A DNA stretch of 49,792 bases from Candidatus Saccharimonadia bacterium (GCA_025449535.1 JANWJF010000001.1:369344-419135); one strand, 5' to 3'; positions 23,601 through 32,911 are shown, counted from the first letter of the stretch. The notes: generated by a model not told the origin, from the letters alone. Numbers and translations: made by a program.

Positions 23601-25566
23601 TCCGGCGACGGTTGCCGAGCAGGACGGCCAGACCGATCAGGCCCAGGACCGAGACGGTCCACGACCCGCGCACCCAGCCGGGCGGTTCATAGGAGACCGT
23701 CAGCTCCTTGGCGACCACCGGCTCCGTAAGCGTGAGTTGGTCGTTCGAGTCGCCGGTCCGGACCTCCTCCTTGCCGCTGCGGACGACGAGCCAGGGGTGG
23801 TAGCTGACCGCCAACGCGGTATCGCGGCCGATCGTCACCGGACGGTCGAACTTCAGACGGTATGTGCCACGGGCGAACTCCGCGGAGGTAAGCGCGGTCC
23901 CGGCGTCCGGCGGCAGCCCGAACGGCCGGTCGAAGCCCCGCACCTCGTACAGCGAGAAAATACGCCCCTTCCAGGCCGGGCGGAGCCATTCCTGCGCGTC
24001 GAGCGCGCCGCGCGTCAGCGGGAAGGTGCTGATTACGTATTTGATGCCGCGGCGACGCAGGTATTCCTCCTGGGAACCCAGGTACGGACCGTTCCCCAGG
24101 GTCGAGGCGATCAGCACCGGTCGGGCTGATCCCTTGGTCCCTTCCGGGAAGTTGCCGTCCAGGTCCCAGACGCCGGGCAGCTCGCGCGGCAGTCGCTGGT
24201 TCGCGAAATGCGGCGAGCCCACGAAGTACCGCGACTCCCAGTTGAACTCGGACAGCACGAACTCGCCCGGGCCGATCCGCCGTTCCAGCTGCCCGGCCAG
24301 TTCCTGCAGCTCCGCCGTCGGCTGGTTGTCGACCACCCGGATGAAACCCGCCTTCTCCCGGAGCGTCGGCAGGACGAAGAAGTTCGCGAGTAGGACGACC
24401 GCGGAGAGCGACGCGGCGATTCCCACCGGCCGGTACCGGCGCGGCAAGCGCGCCAGCAGCGCCAGGGCGCCGGCGACCCCGAACGCGGCGAGCACCATCA
24501 TCAGCAGCGCGAAGAAGGCATGGAAGCGGATGAACTGGCTGGAGCCGACGACGCCGCCGAACGGCAACAGGCCGTTGATCGCGTTGATGGAAAGCAGCAG
24601 CGTGAGCGCTCCGGTTCCCAGGAAAAAGCCGAGCTCCCGGAACCGGCGGCGGAACCAGAGGTACGCCAATCCGCCGACCGCCAGCACGGACAGAGGCCAG
24701 CCGCCGGAATCCTGGGACAGCAGCAACCCCCTGAGAATCTCTCCCGCCGGCAGCTGTTGGATCGCGCCGGTCTCGCCCATGCCGTCGAAGCTGCCGAGCA
24801 GCGGGATCCACCAATAGGCGGACAGCACCAGGCCAAGGCCGAGCACCAGGCCGTATCGCTTGAGGACCGGTACGACGTCCTTCCAGCGCCTGCCCCAGGC
24901 CGCGCAGACGACGAGCACCACCGACGCCAACAGGAACCAGTACGTGGAGAACGTGTGAGCCAGGACCAGCAGCCCGAAGACCAGGCCGGTCACGACCAGG
25001 TCCGAGGTGCCGCGAAGGTCGAAGAGATCGCGCTTCAGACGGCCGAGTGTCCAGATCGCCAGGACGAAGCCGAGTCCGTTCGGCAGCAGGCCGACGCCGT
25101 ACAGCGCCCCGAGGCCGATCCCGAACGAGGCGTTCAACGAGAGCAGCAGGCCGCTCCCGAGCGCCGCCGGCAGTCGCTCCAATGAGAAGCTGCGCAGCAA
25201 GTAGTATGTCGCGGGCAGCAGCCCGACCCAGAGCGCCGCCGTGAACAGGCGCAGCGCGAACTCCGGATGGAAGACGTACGTCAGCGGACCGAGCAGATAG
25301 TACAGCAGGGGCGGATAGTACTGAAAGAGCCCGAATCCGCCGTGCCAGGTCGGGAACCAACCATCGAGCTGGCCGTGGGCCAGCAGTTCCTTGGCGAAGT
25401 ACTCCGCCTTGAGCAGGTGCCCGCCGGCGTCCCAGGCCGCCAGATAGCCGTTGCCGTCCAGGGAGGGCCAGACCGTCGAGACCATGATCACCCCGACGAC
25501 CGTCAGGATCGCGTAGGCGAGGAGTTGTTCGAACGTGAAGCGCTTCTTGGAGAGGCTGATCGGCAC
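23536..25566 (-). CDS. Large polytopic membrane protein, GT-C-like / PTPS-related membrane protein family (putative glycosyltransferase)
   Basis: 676 aa with at least 10 hydrophobic helices. The N-terminal block DAGGHLLKAEYF...WFPTWHGGFGLFQYYPPLLYY is typical of this family. There is a soluble C-terminal domain and a final TM helix. GTG start. The 3-prime end overlaps the tsaD 3-prime end by 65 nt. Confidence 0.7.
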   Translation of the reverse strand: MPISLSKKRFTFEQLLAYAILTVVGVIMVSTVWPSLDGNGYLAAWDAGGHLLKAEYFAKELLAHGQLDGWFPTWHGGFGLFQYYPPLLYYLLGPLTYVFHPEFALRLFTAALWVGLLPATYYLLRSFSLERLPAALGSGLLLSLNASFGIGLGALYGVGLLPNGLGFVLAIWTLGRLKRDLFDLRGTSDLVVTGLVFGLLVLAHTFSTYWFLLASVVLVVCAAWGRRWKDVVPVLKRYGLVLGLGLVLSAYWWIPLLGSFDGMGETGAIQQLPAGEILRGLLLSQDSGGWPLSVLAVGGLAYLWFRRRFRELGFFLGTGALTLLLSINAINGLLPFGGVVGSSQFIRFHAFFALLMMVLAAFGVAGALALLARLPRRYRPVGIAASLSAVVLLANFFVLPTLREKAGFIRVVDNQPTAELQELAGQLERRIGPGEFVLSEFNWESRYFVGSPHFANQRLPRELPGVWDLDGNFPEGTKGSARPVLIASTLGNGPYLGSQEEYLRRRGIKYVISTFPLTRGALDAQEWLRPAWKGRIFSLYEVRGFDRPFGLPPDAGTALTSAEFARGTYRLKFDRPVTIGRDTALAVSYHPWLVVRSGKEEVRTGDSNDQLTLTEPVVAKELTVSYEPPGWVRGSWTVSVLGLIGLAVLLGNRRRITAWLKGRATGRRERRTARRR

Positions 25567-25597
25567 TCGTTAATGATACAGGCGCGAGAGCGGTATC

Positions 25598-28291
25598 ATG
25601 GAACACGTGAGCCAGCAGAAGGAACTCCCCAAGACGTATGACCCTACCGCCCACGAGGACGCAGTCTACGCGGCGTGGGAGCGGTCCGACGCGTTCAAGC
25701 CGGCCTCGGACAGCGGAAAGCAGGCGGACAAGGACCGCCGCCCGTATTCGATCATCATGCCGCCGCCGAACGTGACCGATCGGCTGCACAGCGGTCACGC
25801 GATCATGCTGGCGCTGGAGGACGCGTTGGTCCGGTACCACCGCAAGCGCGGTTTCGACACGCTGTACCTGCCCGGCACCGACCATGCGGCGATCGCCACC
25901 GCCGCCCAAGTGGACAAGCGGCTCGCCGAGGAGGGCAAGACCCGCCACGACCTCGGCCGCAAGGAGTTCGAGAAGCGCACCTTGGCGTTCGCCAAGGAGA
26001 ACAAGAAGATCATCGAGAACCAGGTCCGGGCGATGGGTACGTCCTGCGACTGGACCCGCAACGCCTTCACGCTGGATCCGGAAAAGAAGGCCGCGGTGGA
26101 AGAAGCGTTCAAGCGACTCTACAAGAAGGGCCTGATCTACCGCGGCAGCTACATGGTGAACTGGTGTCCCACCTGCCGGACGGTCCTCTCCGATGACGAG
26201 GTCGAGCACAAGGAACAGGAAGGTGTGCTGTATTACATGAAGTACGGGCCGTTCACGCTCGGTACCACCCGCCCGGAAACGAAGGTCGGCGACACGGCAG
26301 TGGCGGTCCACCCTCAGGACAAGCGGTACGCGAAGTGGGTCGGCAAGGAGATCGAGGTGAAGACGATCAACGGCCCGCGGACGCTGCGCGTCCTGGCCGA
26401 CGAGATGGTCGACCCGGAGTTCGGCACCGGCGTGGTGAAGATCACGCCGTTCCACGACAAGAACGACTACGCCGTCTACGAGCGCCGGCCTGAGGAAGCC
26501 GGTCCGCCGGTCGAGGTGATCGGCGAGGACGGCAAGATGACCGTGGCCGCCGGCAAGGCCCTGGCCGGCCTCGACCGGTTCGCCGCCCGGAAGAAGATGG
26601 TCGATTGGCTGAAGCGGGAAAAGCTGCTCGTGAAGGAAGAGGTCCACAAGCATTCCGTCGGCCGTTGTTACCGCAGCGACGACGTGATCGAACCGCGCAT
26701 CTCCGAGCAGTGGTTCCTGAAGGTCGCGGACATCAAGAAGCAGGCCGCCAAGTTCGTCGCCGACGGAGACCTCAAGTTCGTGCCGGAGCGGTTCGGGAAG
26801 ACGTACCTCGACTGGCTGGAGAAACTGCACGACTGGTGCATCTCCCGGCAGGTCTGGTTCGGCCATCCGGTACCGGCCTACGTGAACGCCAAGGGCGAGG
26901 TCTCCCTGACGGCCAAGCCCGGCTACAAGAAGAGCCAGGACACGCTGGATACTTGGTTCAGCTCCGGCCTCTGGCCGTTCTCGACGATGGGCTGGCCGAA
27001 GCGGACGTCCGACTTCAAGCGGTTCTTCCCGAACGACGTCCTGGAGACCGGTTACGATATCATCTTCTTCTGGATCACCCGGATGGCGCTGATGACCGTC
27101 GCCTTGGACGTGCGCGACGAGAAGACCGGCGACCTGAAGCCACCGTTCCACACGGCGTACCTGCACGGCCTGGTCCGCGACCAGCGCGGTCGCAAGTTCT
27201 CGAAGTCGCTGGGCAATGGCGTCGACCCGCTGGAGATGATCGGCAAGTACGGCGCGGACGCGCTGCGCTGGATGCTCGCGACCTCGGCCTCGCCCGGCAA
27301 CGATCTCAAGTTCGACGAGCAGCGCCTCGTGAAGTCCCGGAACTTCACCAACAAGCTTTGGAACATCTCCCGCTACGTGATCGAACGGACGGACGGCGAC
27401 GCCGACCTCGCCAAGCTCGACCCGGACACCCTGACCTCGCTGGACCGCGGCATCTTGCACAAGCTGTACCGGACGGCGCAGACGGTCGATGCCGCGTTCA
27501 CCGATCCGGCGACGTACGACAAGCCGGGCAAGACGCCGGAGCCGGTCACTCCCAAGCGATTGGCCAAGCCGTACGACCTCGGGTTCGCCGGCAACGCGCT
27601 GTATGAGTTCGTCTGGTCCGACTTCGCGGACTGGTACCTCGAGGCTGCCAAGGTCCAGCTGAGGAACCCCGAGGCGGCCGCGAACACGAAGCTCATCCTC
27701 CGGTACGTCCTCGAGACGATCCTCGGCCTGCTGCATCCGTTCATGCCGTTCGTCACCGAAGTGGTCTGGCGGGACGGACTCGGCAAGAAGAACGCGCTGA
27801 TCACCAGCCCGTGGCCGGCGGTCCATGAGGACCTCGACCAGCCTGAGGACGGTGAGCGGTCCGACCGCGTCCGCGAGGTGATCGAGACGATCCGGCGGAT
27901 CCGGGCCCAGCACAAGACGCCGGCCGCCTCGTTCGTACAGGCCTACGTCGTCACGGACGAACCGGCCTGGGTAGTGGAATCCGGAGACGTGATCAACAAG
28001 CTGGCCCGGGTGTCGATCCTCCGGGTCGGGCAGAACCCGCCGACCGGGGACGTGGCCTCAGCCGCCGTCGGGGACGCGACCGTGGTGCTGCCGCTGGCCG
28101 GATTGGGCAGCGACGTCGCGGCCGCGCATTTGCAGCGGGAAGTCGAGGCCAAGAGAATGGAGGTAGAGCGGCTCAAGGGGCGGCTCGCAAACGAGGATTA
28201 TGTCCAAAACGCGCCGGAACACGTCGTCGCCGAGACGAAGGCCCAGCTCGCCGAAGCCGAAGCGGCCCTCGCCAAGCTCGAAGCGTCCTGA
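25598..28291 (+). CDS. valS: Valine--tRNA ligase
   Basis: 897 aa. PPPNVTDRLHSGHA is the HIGH motif and KFSKSLGN is the KMSKS motif. An editing domain and a C-terminal coiled coil are present. Confidence 0.97.
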   Translation: MEHVSQQKELPKTYDPTAHEDAVYAAWERSDAFKPASDSGKQADKDRRPYSIIMPPPNVTDRLHSGHAIMLALEDALVRYHRKRGFDTLYLPGTDHAAIATAAQVDKRLAEEGKTRHDLGRKEFEKRTLAFAKENKKIIENQVRAMGTSCDWTRNAFTLDPEKKAAVEEAFKRLYKKGLIYRGSYMVNWCPTCRTVLSDDEVEHKEQEGVLYYMKYGPFTLGTTRPETKVGDTAVAVHPQDKRYAKWVGKEIEVKTINGPRTLRVLADEMVDPEFGTGVVKITPFHDKNDYAVYERRPEEAGPPVEVIGEDGKMTVAAGKALAGLDRFAARKKMVDWLKREKLLVKEEVHKHSVGRCYRSDDVIEPRISEQWFLKVADIKKQAAKFVADGDLKFVPERFGKTYLDWLEKLHDWCISRQVWFGHPVPAYVNAKGEVSLTAKPGYKKSQDTLDTWFSSGLWPFSTMGWPKRTSDFKRFFPNDVLETGYDIIFFWITRMALMTVALDVRDEKTGDLKPPFHTAYLHGLVRDQRGRKFSKSLGNGVDPLEMIGKYGADALRWMLATSASPGNDLKFDEQRLVKSRNFTNKLWNISRYVIERTDGDADLAKLDPDTLTSLDRGILHKLYRTAQTVDAAFTDPATYDKPGKTPEPVTPKRLAKPYDLGFAGNALYEFVWSDFADWYLEAAKVQLRNPEAAANTKLILRYVLETILGLLHPFMPFVTEVVWRDGLGKKNALITSPWPAVHEDLDQPEDGERSDRVREVIETIRRIRAQHKTPAASFVQAYVVTDEPAWVVESGDVINKLARVSILRVGQNPPTGDVASAAVGDATVVLPLAGLGSDVAAAHLQREVEAKRMEVERLKGRLANEDYVQNAPEHVVAETKAQLAEAEAALAKLEAS

Positions 28292-29315
28292 GCCTGCCGC
28301 ACGCCGGAGCGGGAGCCGGTTCGCCAAGGCGGCCGGGATACTCGCCAGCGCCGCGATCATCCTCTTCGTCGTGGCCGCCGGTATCTGGTTCGCGTCGGCC
28401 GACTGGCGGGCGGACAAGGCCCAGGCCTACGACGTCGAGTCCCGTGAGTTACTGAAGCGGCGCGACGTCGACGGCGGCTACCAGCAGGCCCGTCTGGCAT
28501 ACGCGATCTCCCCGGAGCCGGACCGGGCGTTGTCGCTCGGCTCGCTGGCCTACCTCCGCGGCGATTACCAAGGCGCCCTGGACGCGTTCGGCCGTGCCGA
28601 CGGAAACTACGCGGCATTGGGCCGCGCGGCGGCCGGTGCGCAAGCGGACGAGGCGGCGTACGAGACGGCCCGGGACGAACTGGGCGAGCCGGAAGATACC
28701 GTCGTCCGGCTGGGACTCTCCCATGCCGCGGTCGATGCCGCCGACTTCCCGACCGCCAAACGGCTGAGCGAGGGCGCCCGGACGATCGTCGGGGCGTATC
28801 CGTTCGTGCTGGCCGAGTCGATCGAGAATCCCGACCGGACGGCCCGGGACCTGCGCGCCGTCGGACGGACGGTCCCGCAGGTCATCCACCCGGACCCCAC
28901 CGTAGCGGCGTTCCTCAACGAACTGACGGCCGTGCCGGCGGACGCCCGGACTGAGATCGGCGCGGCACTCCGGAACATGGCCGCCGCGGACGAGACGTTC
29001 AGCCGCCGGGTGATGCGCGGCAGCCTGTTGCTCGGACTGGACGAGTTCGCCGCGGCGCGGCGGATCGGCGTGACGGCCGCTGGCCGGCGGCCGGACTACC
29101 GCGACGCCTGGAACCTGCGGGCGGCATCCGACCTCGCGCTGCGGGAATACGATGATGCGCGCCGGGCCGTCGATATCTCCATCGAGCTCGATCCCGGCTT
29201 CGGGTACTCCTGGTACCTCAAGTCGCGCTTGGAGGAAGCCGGGGGCGACCGCAAGAAGGCGGACGAGTACCGCCTGCGCGCAAAGCTGCTTGGGTTTGTG
29301 CCGCCGGCCGGGTAG
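28200..29315 (+). CDS. Membrane-anchored TPR-like repeat protein
   Basis: 371 aa. A basic N-terminus precedes the TM segment AAGILASAAIILFVVAAGIWF, followed by TPR-like helices (LAYLRGDYQGALDAFGRA; YRDAWNLRAASDLALREYDDARRAVD). The only in-frame ATG, GTG or TTG before the TM segment is at 28200, which gives a 92-nt overlap with valS. Confidence 0.6.
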   Translation: MSKTRRNTSSPRRRPSSPKPKRPSPSSKRPEPAARRSGSRFAKAAGILASAAIILFVVAAGIWFASADWRADKAQAYDVESRELLKRRDVDGGYQQARLAYAISPEPDRALSLGSLAYLRGDYQGALDAFGRADGNYAALGRAAAGAQADEAAYETARDELGEPEDTVVRLGLSHAAVDAADFPTAKRLSEGARTIVGAYPFVLAESIENPDRTARDLRAVGRTVPQVIHPDPTVAAFLNELTAVPADARTEIGAALRNMAAADETFSRRVMRGSLLLGLDEFAAARRIGVTAAGRRPDYRDAWNLRAASDLALREYDDARRAVDISIELDPGFGYSWYLKSRLEEAGGDRKKADEYRLRAKLLGFVPPAG

Positions 29316-29334
29316 TGATTTGACTAAAACTACC

Positions 29335-29363
29335 TTGATTTAGCCAAAAAACAGCGTTATCCT
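29335..29363 (+). promoter_or_regulatory. Sigma-70-like promoter TTGATT-N17-TATCCT
   Basis: Read directly from the sequence. It lies about 100 nt upstream of the membrane-protein gene pair. Confidence 0.4.
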
Positions 29364-29386
29364 GATCGGCTCGGACCTTAACACCC

Positions 29387-29450
29387 GTTGGCTTCGTCCA
29401 CCGAGTCGCGAACGCCTCATGCGATCGTTTCTCGGTTATCCGAAGCCAAC
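29387..29450 (+). ncRNA. Structured 5-prime leader: nested imperfect hairpin of about 20 bp ending 10 nt before an AAGGAG Shine-Dalgarno sequence
   Basis: The outer stem is gttggcttcg (29387-29396) with cgaagccaac (29441-29450). The middle stem is accgag (29400-29405) with ctcggt (29431-29436). The inner stem is tcgc (29406-29409) with gcga (29421-29424). I recognise no known riboswitch class. Confidence 0.4.
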
Positions 29451-29465
29451 CCACTACCTAAGGAG

Positions 29466-30083
29466 ATGGTGCAGTTGAACGGCTTCGACGTACTCCAGAT
29501 CGCGGTGGGGCTCTGTGCCATCCCGATTGCCCTCCTCTTGAAGAAGTATGACCAGGAGAGAAGACGGGCGTCTCGCAAGCAACTCTCAAATGGTGAGCCA
29601 GAGGACCTTGTCTGGCTCGCGCTTGTCGTTTTCTCCTTGGCCATGGCGCTCGACTTCCTGGGGTCGCTCCCCGGTCTCGGGGTCGGTACCAAGACCGCGC
29701 TGGGCCAGGACGTCATCGAGCCGTTGAGCCACCTGGCGGTGGTCGCCGTGCTCGTCCTCGGGCTTTGGCGCTGCGACCAGATAGGAAGCCGCCTCGTGGT
29801 CTTCATGGCCGCACTCGGCTTGGTCGGATTCGTCTGCTCGACTTTCGTCGGGGAGGACACGACCGTGCGGCACCTGGCCAACGGCCTGATGCCTGCCTAC
29901 AACTGGCTCATCACTGCGGTCTGTGTCGTGGCAATCGTGCGCATAGCGTACGAGCACGATGAACAAATGCAGTCCATCGTGCTATTCGTCCTTGGCCTGC
30001 TGGCGTTGGCCGCCATGGCCGGCCAGCATGACCTGATCGTGCAGTGGGCAAACGGTAACGCCCACTACCCAGTCCTGGAGTAA
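29466..30083 (+). CDS. Integral membrane protein, function unknown
   Basis: About 205 aa with 5-6 hydrophobic helices. The track ORF starts at 29388 but runs through the structured leader. The ATG at 29466 directly abuts AAGGAG, so the true start may be the GTG at 29469 or the TTG at 29475. Confidence 0.6.
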   Translation: MVQLNGFDVLQIAVGLCAIPIALLLKKYDQERRRASRKQLSNGEPEDLVWLALVVFSLAMALDFLGSLPGLGVGTKTALGQDVIEPLSHLAVVAVLVLGLWRCDQIGSRLVVFMAALGLVGFVCSTFVGEDTTVRHLANGLMPAYNWLITAVCVVAIVRIAYEHDEQMQSIVLFVLGLLALAAMAGQHDLIVQWANGNAHYPVLE

Positions 30084-30116
30084 CCAACCCTCAACCGCAG
30101 TCCGAAAGGAGAAGCG

Positions 30117-30776
30117 ATGACCGCTTCAGAAAAGATCGGCTGTCCCGAGTGGTTCCAGCTCTGGGACCACGGCCCGTTCGAGGCCGCGTGCATCGTGCTC
30201 GTCGCCTACATCGGGATCGTCAGCCTACTGATGTTCCACGAGGAAGCCCGGATGGGGCTGTTCGGCCGCAGCCGGTACCTCACGTTCCTGATCGGCGGTC
30301 TGTTCGCCTGGCCGGCCATCGCGTTCAACGCGGCGCTCGCCATCGAACACTCCGGCCCGCTGGACCGTCCGTTCACGGAGCCCCTGCTCCATATCGGCCT
30401 TCTGGCCGCCGGGGTGCTCGCCGCCCTGATCATGGAGGTCGCTCCGCTCAGGGACGGGACGTTCACGTGGCGACAGGAGTTCAGCCCGTCGAAGCTCTAC
30501 CACACGGTGGTCTTCGGGCCGCTCCTCTACGCGATCGTGCTCTCGCTGTGCATCACGTTCAGCGACCTGGGCAACGGCAGCCACACCTATACCACGGCGA
30601 TTTCGTCCGCGTTGGCGTTGGTCTTCTTCGCCTTCGTGGCCGCCAAGGACCGTGCGGTCTACTGGACCAAAAACAAAGCCGACCCCCACGTCGAGTGGTA
30701 CGCCACTCGCTGGAACGGAGAGCCTCGTTACGTCGAGCGTGACAAGCGCGGCCTCCGAGGAGGTGCCGTTACCTGA
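30117..30776 (+). CDS. Integral membrane protein, function unknown
   Basis: 219 aa with about 5 hydrophobic helices. A GAAAGGAG Shine-Dalgarno sequence lies 5 nt upstream of the ATG. Confidence 0.7.
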   Translation: MTASEKIGCPEWFQLWDHGPFEAACIVLVAYIGIVSLLMFHEEARMGLFGRSRYLTFLIGGLFAWPAIAFNAALAIEHSGPLDRPFTEPLLHIGLLAAGVLAALIMEVAPLRDGTFTWRQEFSPSKLYHTVVFGPLLYAIVLSLCITFSDLGNGSHTYTTAISSALALVFFAFVAAKDRAVYWTKNKADPHVEWYATRWNGEPRYVERDKRGLRGGAVT

Positions 30777-30905
30777 ACAACCAAGTCCGACATCCGAGCG
30801 TCGGCACCCGCCCCGCCAGCAAACCGGCTGGCGGGATCCCGCCCCCTGAGATTTCATCAATTACGAAATCGAAGGGGGCGCCTGCATATCTGGAACCCAA
30901 GTCGT

Positions 30906-31451
30906 TCAGCTTGCGGCTGGGCGGACCATCTTCAGTTCTCGCCCAATCAGTTTGTGGCTCTTTTCTTCAGTCGTCATCACGAATCCTACCTTTCGGTAAA
31001 ACCGTATGGCGCGTGCGTTATACGCTGCGACCCATACGTCTACATTCCTAGCGTCATCCAGTTGCTCAATCGCTTTCTCAACCAGCTGCTTTCCGATATT
31101 CAATTTCAGTTCCGGACCGTTCAGGTAGTCGGGATGCACATACAAAGCGTTGATTTCGTTATCGGACGGCGTGACATAAATAAACCCAACAACACGATCT
31201 CCGTCCTTTGCTATCCAACTTTTTCCGTTATCCCAATTGCGCTGTCGCTTTTCAATCGCGTCCGGATGATCAAAGTGTTGCGTATACTCCCAGATTGCTT
31301 CCTTTGAAATTCCGTTTTCTTCGTTGGGGTAGGTATCGCGCCAGCTCGCTTTGCGAACTTGGGCTATGCCCGGGACATCCGCCGCGGTTGCTTCCGCTAT
31401 CTGAATTCCACTTTCCGGTGTCTCCGGCTTCATGTCGGTTTCCGTATCCAT
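30906..31451 (-). CDS. GNAT-family N-acetyltransferase (lower-GC gene)
   Basis: 181 aa. VVGFIYV, LYVHPDY and GKQLVEKAIE...ARAIRFYRKVGF form the acetyl-CoA binding region pattern. By eye the gene is AT-richer than its flanks. It starts 4 nt after the SpoIID-like stop. Confidence 0.8.
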   Translation of the reverse strand: MDTETDMKPETPESGIQIAEATAADVPGIAQVRKASWRDTYPNEENGISKEAIWEYTQHFDHPDAIEKRQRNWDNGKSWIAKDGDRVVGFIYVTPSDNEINALYVHPDYLNGPELKLNIGKQLVEKAIEQLDDARNVDVWVAAYNARAIRFYRKVGFVMTTEEKSHKLIGRELKMVRPAAS

Positions 31452-31455
31452 TTTC

Positions 31456-32898
31456 TTACCTGAAACCGAACAACGTGGAACGCAGGCCTGGCTCGTCCGC
31501 CGGCGAGTAGGCGTTAAAGACGCCTTTGAACCGCGGGCCGGAGACCGTCTTGGTACCGCCCGACCCGACGACTTGTACGGAGGTCACCCGGCCGGACACG
31601 CCGCGGCCGATGATCCGGATCGTCTCGAGCCGACCCACGTTGGTCCGGGCGTCCTGGTTCAGGATCGCCTGCATCTGATTGCGGGAATAGGACTTCGACT
31701 CCCAGTACCAATGCGGCGAGTCGGTTTCCCACGGGCTCGAAACGCCCCGGAGCCAACCCAGCGGCGTGCCGCCCCAGACGTTCTCGTTGTTCTCCGTCCA
31801 GCCGCCGGACGTCGAGTGGTAGTAGGCCGCGATCACCGAACCGTCATGGCTCAGGACCTGGCCGCTGGTGGCGCGGACCGCTTCCCGGGCCCGGGCGGAT
31901 CCGGACCCGCAGGCCTGCGTCCGCGGCGAGCAGTCCTGGTTGCCACGGTTCCGGTAGGCGTAGCTGCGGGCCGCGACGGCCTGGGCCTTCAGCGCTTCCA
32001 TCGGCCAGCTGGACGGCATCTCCCCGGCCACGACCCGGGCCACGTACTCCTCGGAGCTGCCCATGTTCGTGGAGAAGGTCCCGGCTTTGATGATCCGGCT
32101 GCCTTGGTAATAGTGCGCAAGGATGTCGCGGTAGTCCCGGCCATGCTGGGCCGCGCCCTTCGCGCCGTACTGGCTCATGCCGAGACCGTGTTCCGTACCG
32201 CCGCCGGCCAAGGCGAACCGGTCGCCGACCGGCTGATTCCGTTTGATGAAGTCACGGTCGTTCTCGTTCTCGAACCCAGTGCGTTCAGCCAACGCCCGCT
32301 CCCGGGCTTCGGCCTCCCCCAGCTTGTCGCCGTTGGCCTCAAGCTGCAGCTTGAGCAACGCAATCCGGTCCTCCAGGTCCTTGATCTCCGATTCCAAGGC
32401 GTTCTGATCGGTGACCAAGTCGCGGCGCTGGCCGTCGAGCCCGGCGATCTCGCCGTCCAGCCGGTCGACCAGGTCCTCTTTCCGATCGATCAGGAAAGTC
32501 GTGTACTGCCCGCGACGCAGGAACTCGCTGAGTGACCCGGAGTCGACCAACGCGTAGAGAAGGTTCCCGTTGTCGGAAGAGACGTATGCCTCCTCCATCG
32601 CCTCGCCGCGCTGGTACTTCAGGTCGACCAGCTTGGCATTGATCGCCTCCAGCTTGCGGTTGCTGGCCTCGACTACCTCCGTCTGCTTCCGGAGCCGGGC
32701 TTCCGCCAGCTTGATGTCATCCTTGGAAACCGCTTGTTCCTCTACCAAGCGGTTCTGTTGGTTCTTGTAGAAGGCGGTTTCCGCGCGCGCCTTGTCGAGC
32801 TCGCCGTCCTCGGCCGACGCCGATGGAATCACCAAGCCGGCTCCCATCAGGGAGCAGAGCGCGACGGTAAAAGCGGTTTTGCGGAGCGTTTGTTTCAC
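31456..32898 (-). CDS. SpoIID/LytB-domain protein with signal peptide and N-terminal coiled coil
   Basis: 480 aa. The signal peptide is MKQTLRKTAFTVALCSLMGAGLVIPSASA. A long heptad-like region follows. SpoIID blocks are present: EEYVARVVAGEMPSSWPMEALKAQAVAARSYA and AYYHSTSGGWTENNENVWG. GTG start. Confidence 0.88.
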   Translation of the reverse strand: MKQTLRKTAFTVALCSLMGAGLVIPSASAEDGELDKARAETAFYKNQQNRLVEEQAVSKDDIKLAEARLRKQTEVVEASNRKLEAINAKLVDLKYQRGEAMEEAYVSSDNGNLLYALVDSGSLSEFLRRGQYTTFLIDRKEDLVDRLDGEIAGLDGQRRDLVTDQNALESEIKDLEDRIALLKLQLEANGDKLGEAEARERALAERTGFENENDRDFIKRNQPVGDRFALAGGGTEHGLGMSQYGAKGAAQHGRDYRDILAHYYQGSRIIKAGTFSTNMGSSEEYVARVVAGEMPSSWPMEALKAQAVAARSYAYRNRGNQDCSPRTQACGSGSARAREAVRATSGQVLSHDGSVIAAYYHSTSGGWTENNENVWGGTPLGWLRGVSSPWETDSPHWYWESKSYSRNQMQAILNQDARTNVGRLETIRIIGRGVSGRVTSVQVVGSGGTKTVSGPRFKGVFNAYSPADEPGLRSTLFGFR

Positions 32899-32911
32899 GG
32901 CGGCCGGTGGG

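Noticed and set aside
23687-27913. 1408-aa ORF on the minus strand, the longest ORF in the window
   Set aside because: It lies antisense to valS and to part of the GT-C-like gene, both of which have unmistakable conserved motifs. Its translation is an Arg/Gly/Pro/Ala-rich low-complexity string, typical of stop-free antisense frames in high-GC DNA.
29388-29465. N-terminal extension MASSTESRTPHAIVSRLSEANPLPKE of the membrane-protein ORF
   Set aside because: This stretch coincides with a strongly base-paired leader and ends in an AAGGAG Shine-Dalgarno sequence. It is more likely 5-prime UTR than coding.
30777-30905. Cluster of hairpins in the convergent gap, as bidirectional intrinsic terminators: ccgac/gtcgg near 30787; ccgccagc-aaaccg-gctggcgg at 30813-30834; gatttc/gaaatc near 30850-30870
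   Set aside because: The stems are real, but none is followed by a T/U-tract on either strand. I cannot support them as canonical Rho-independent terminators.
31432-32535. 367-aa plus-strand ORF
   Set aside because: It is antisense to the SpoIID/LytB-domain gene, which has clear family motifs and a signal peptide.
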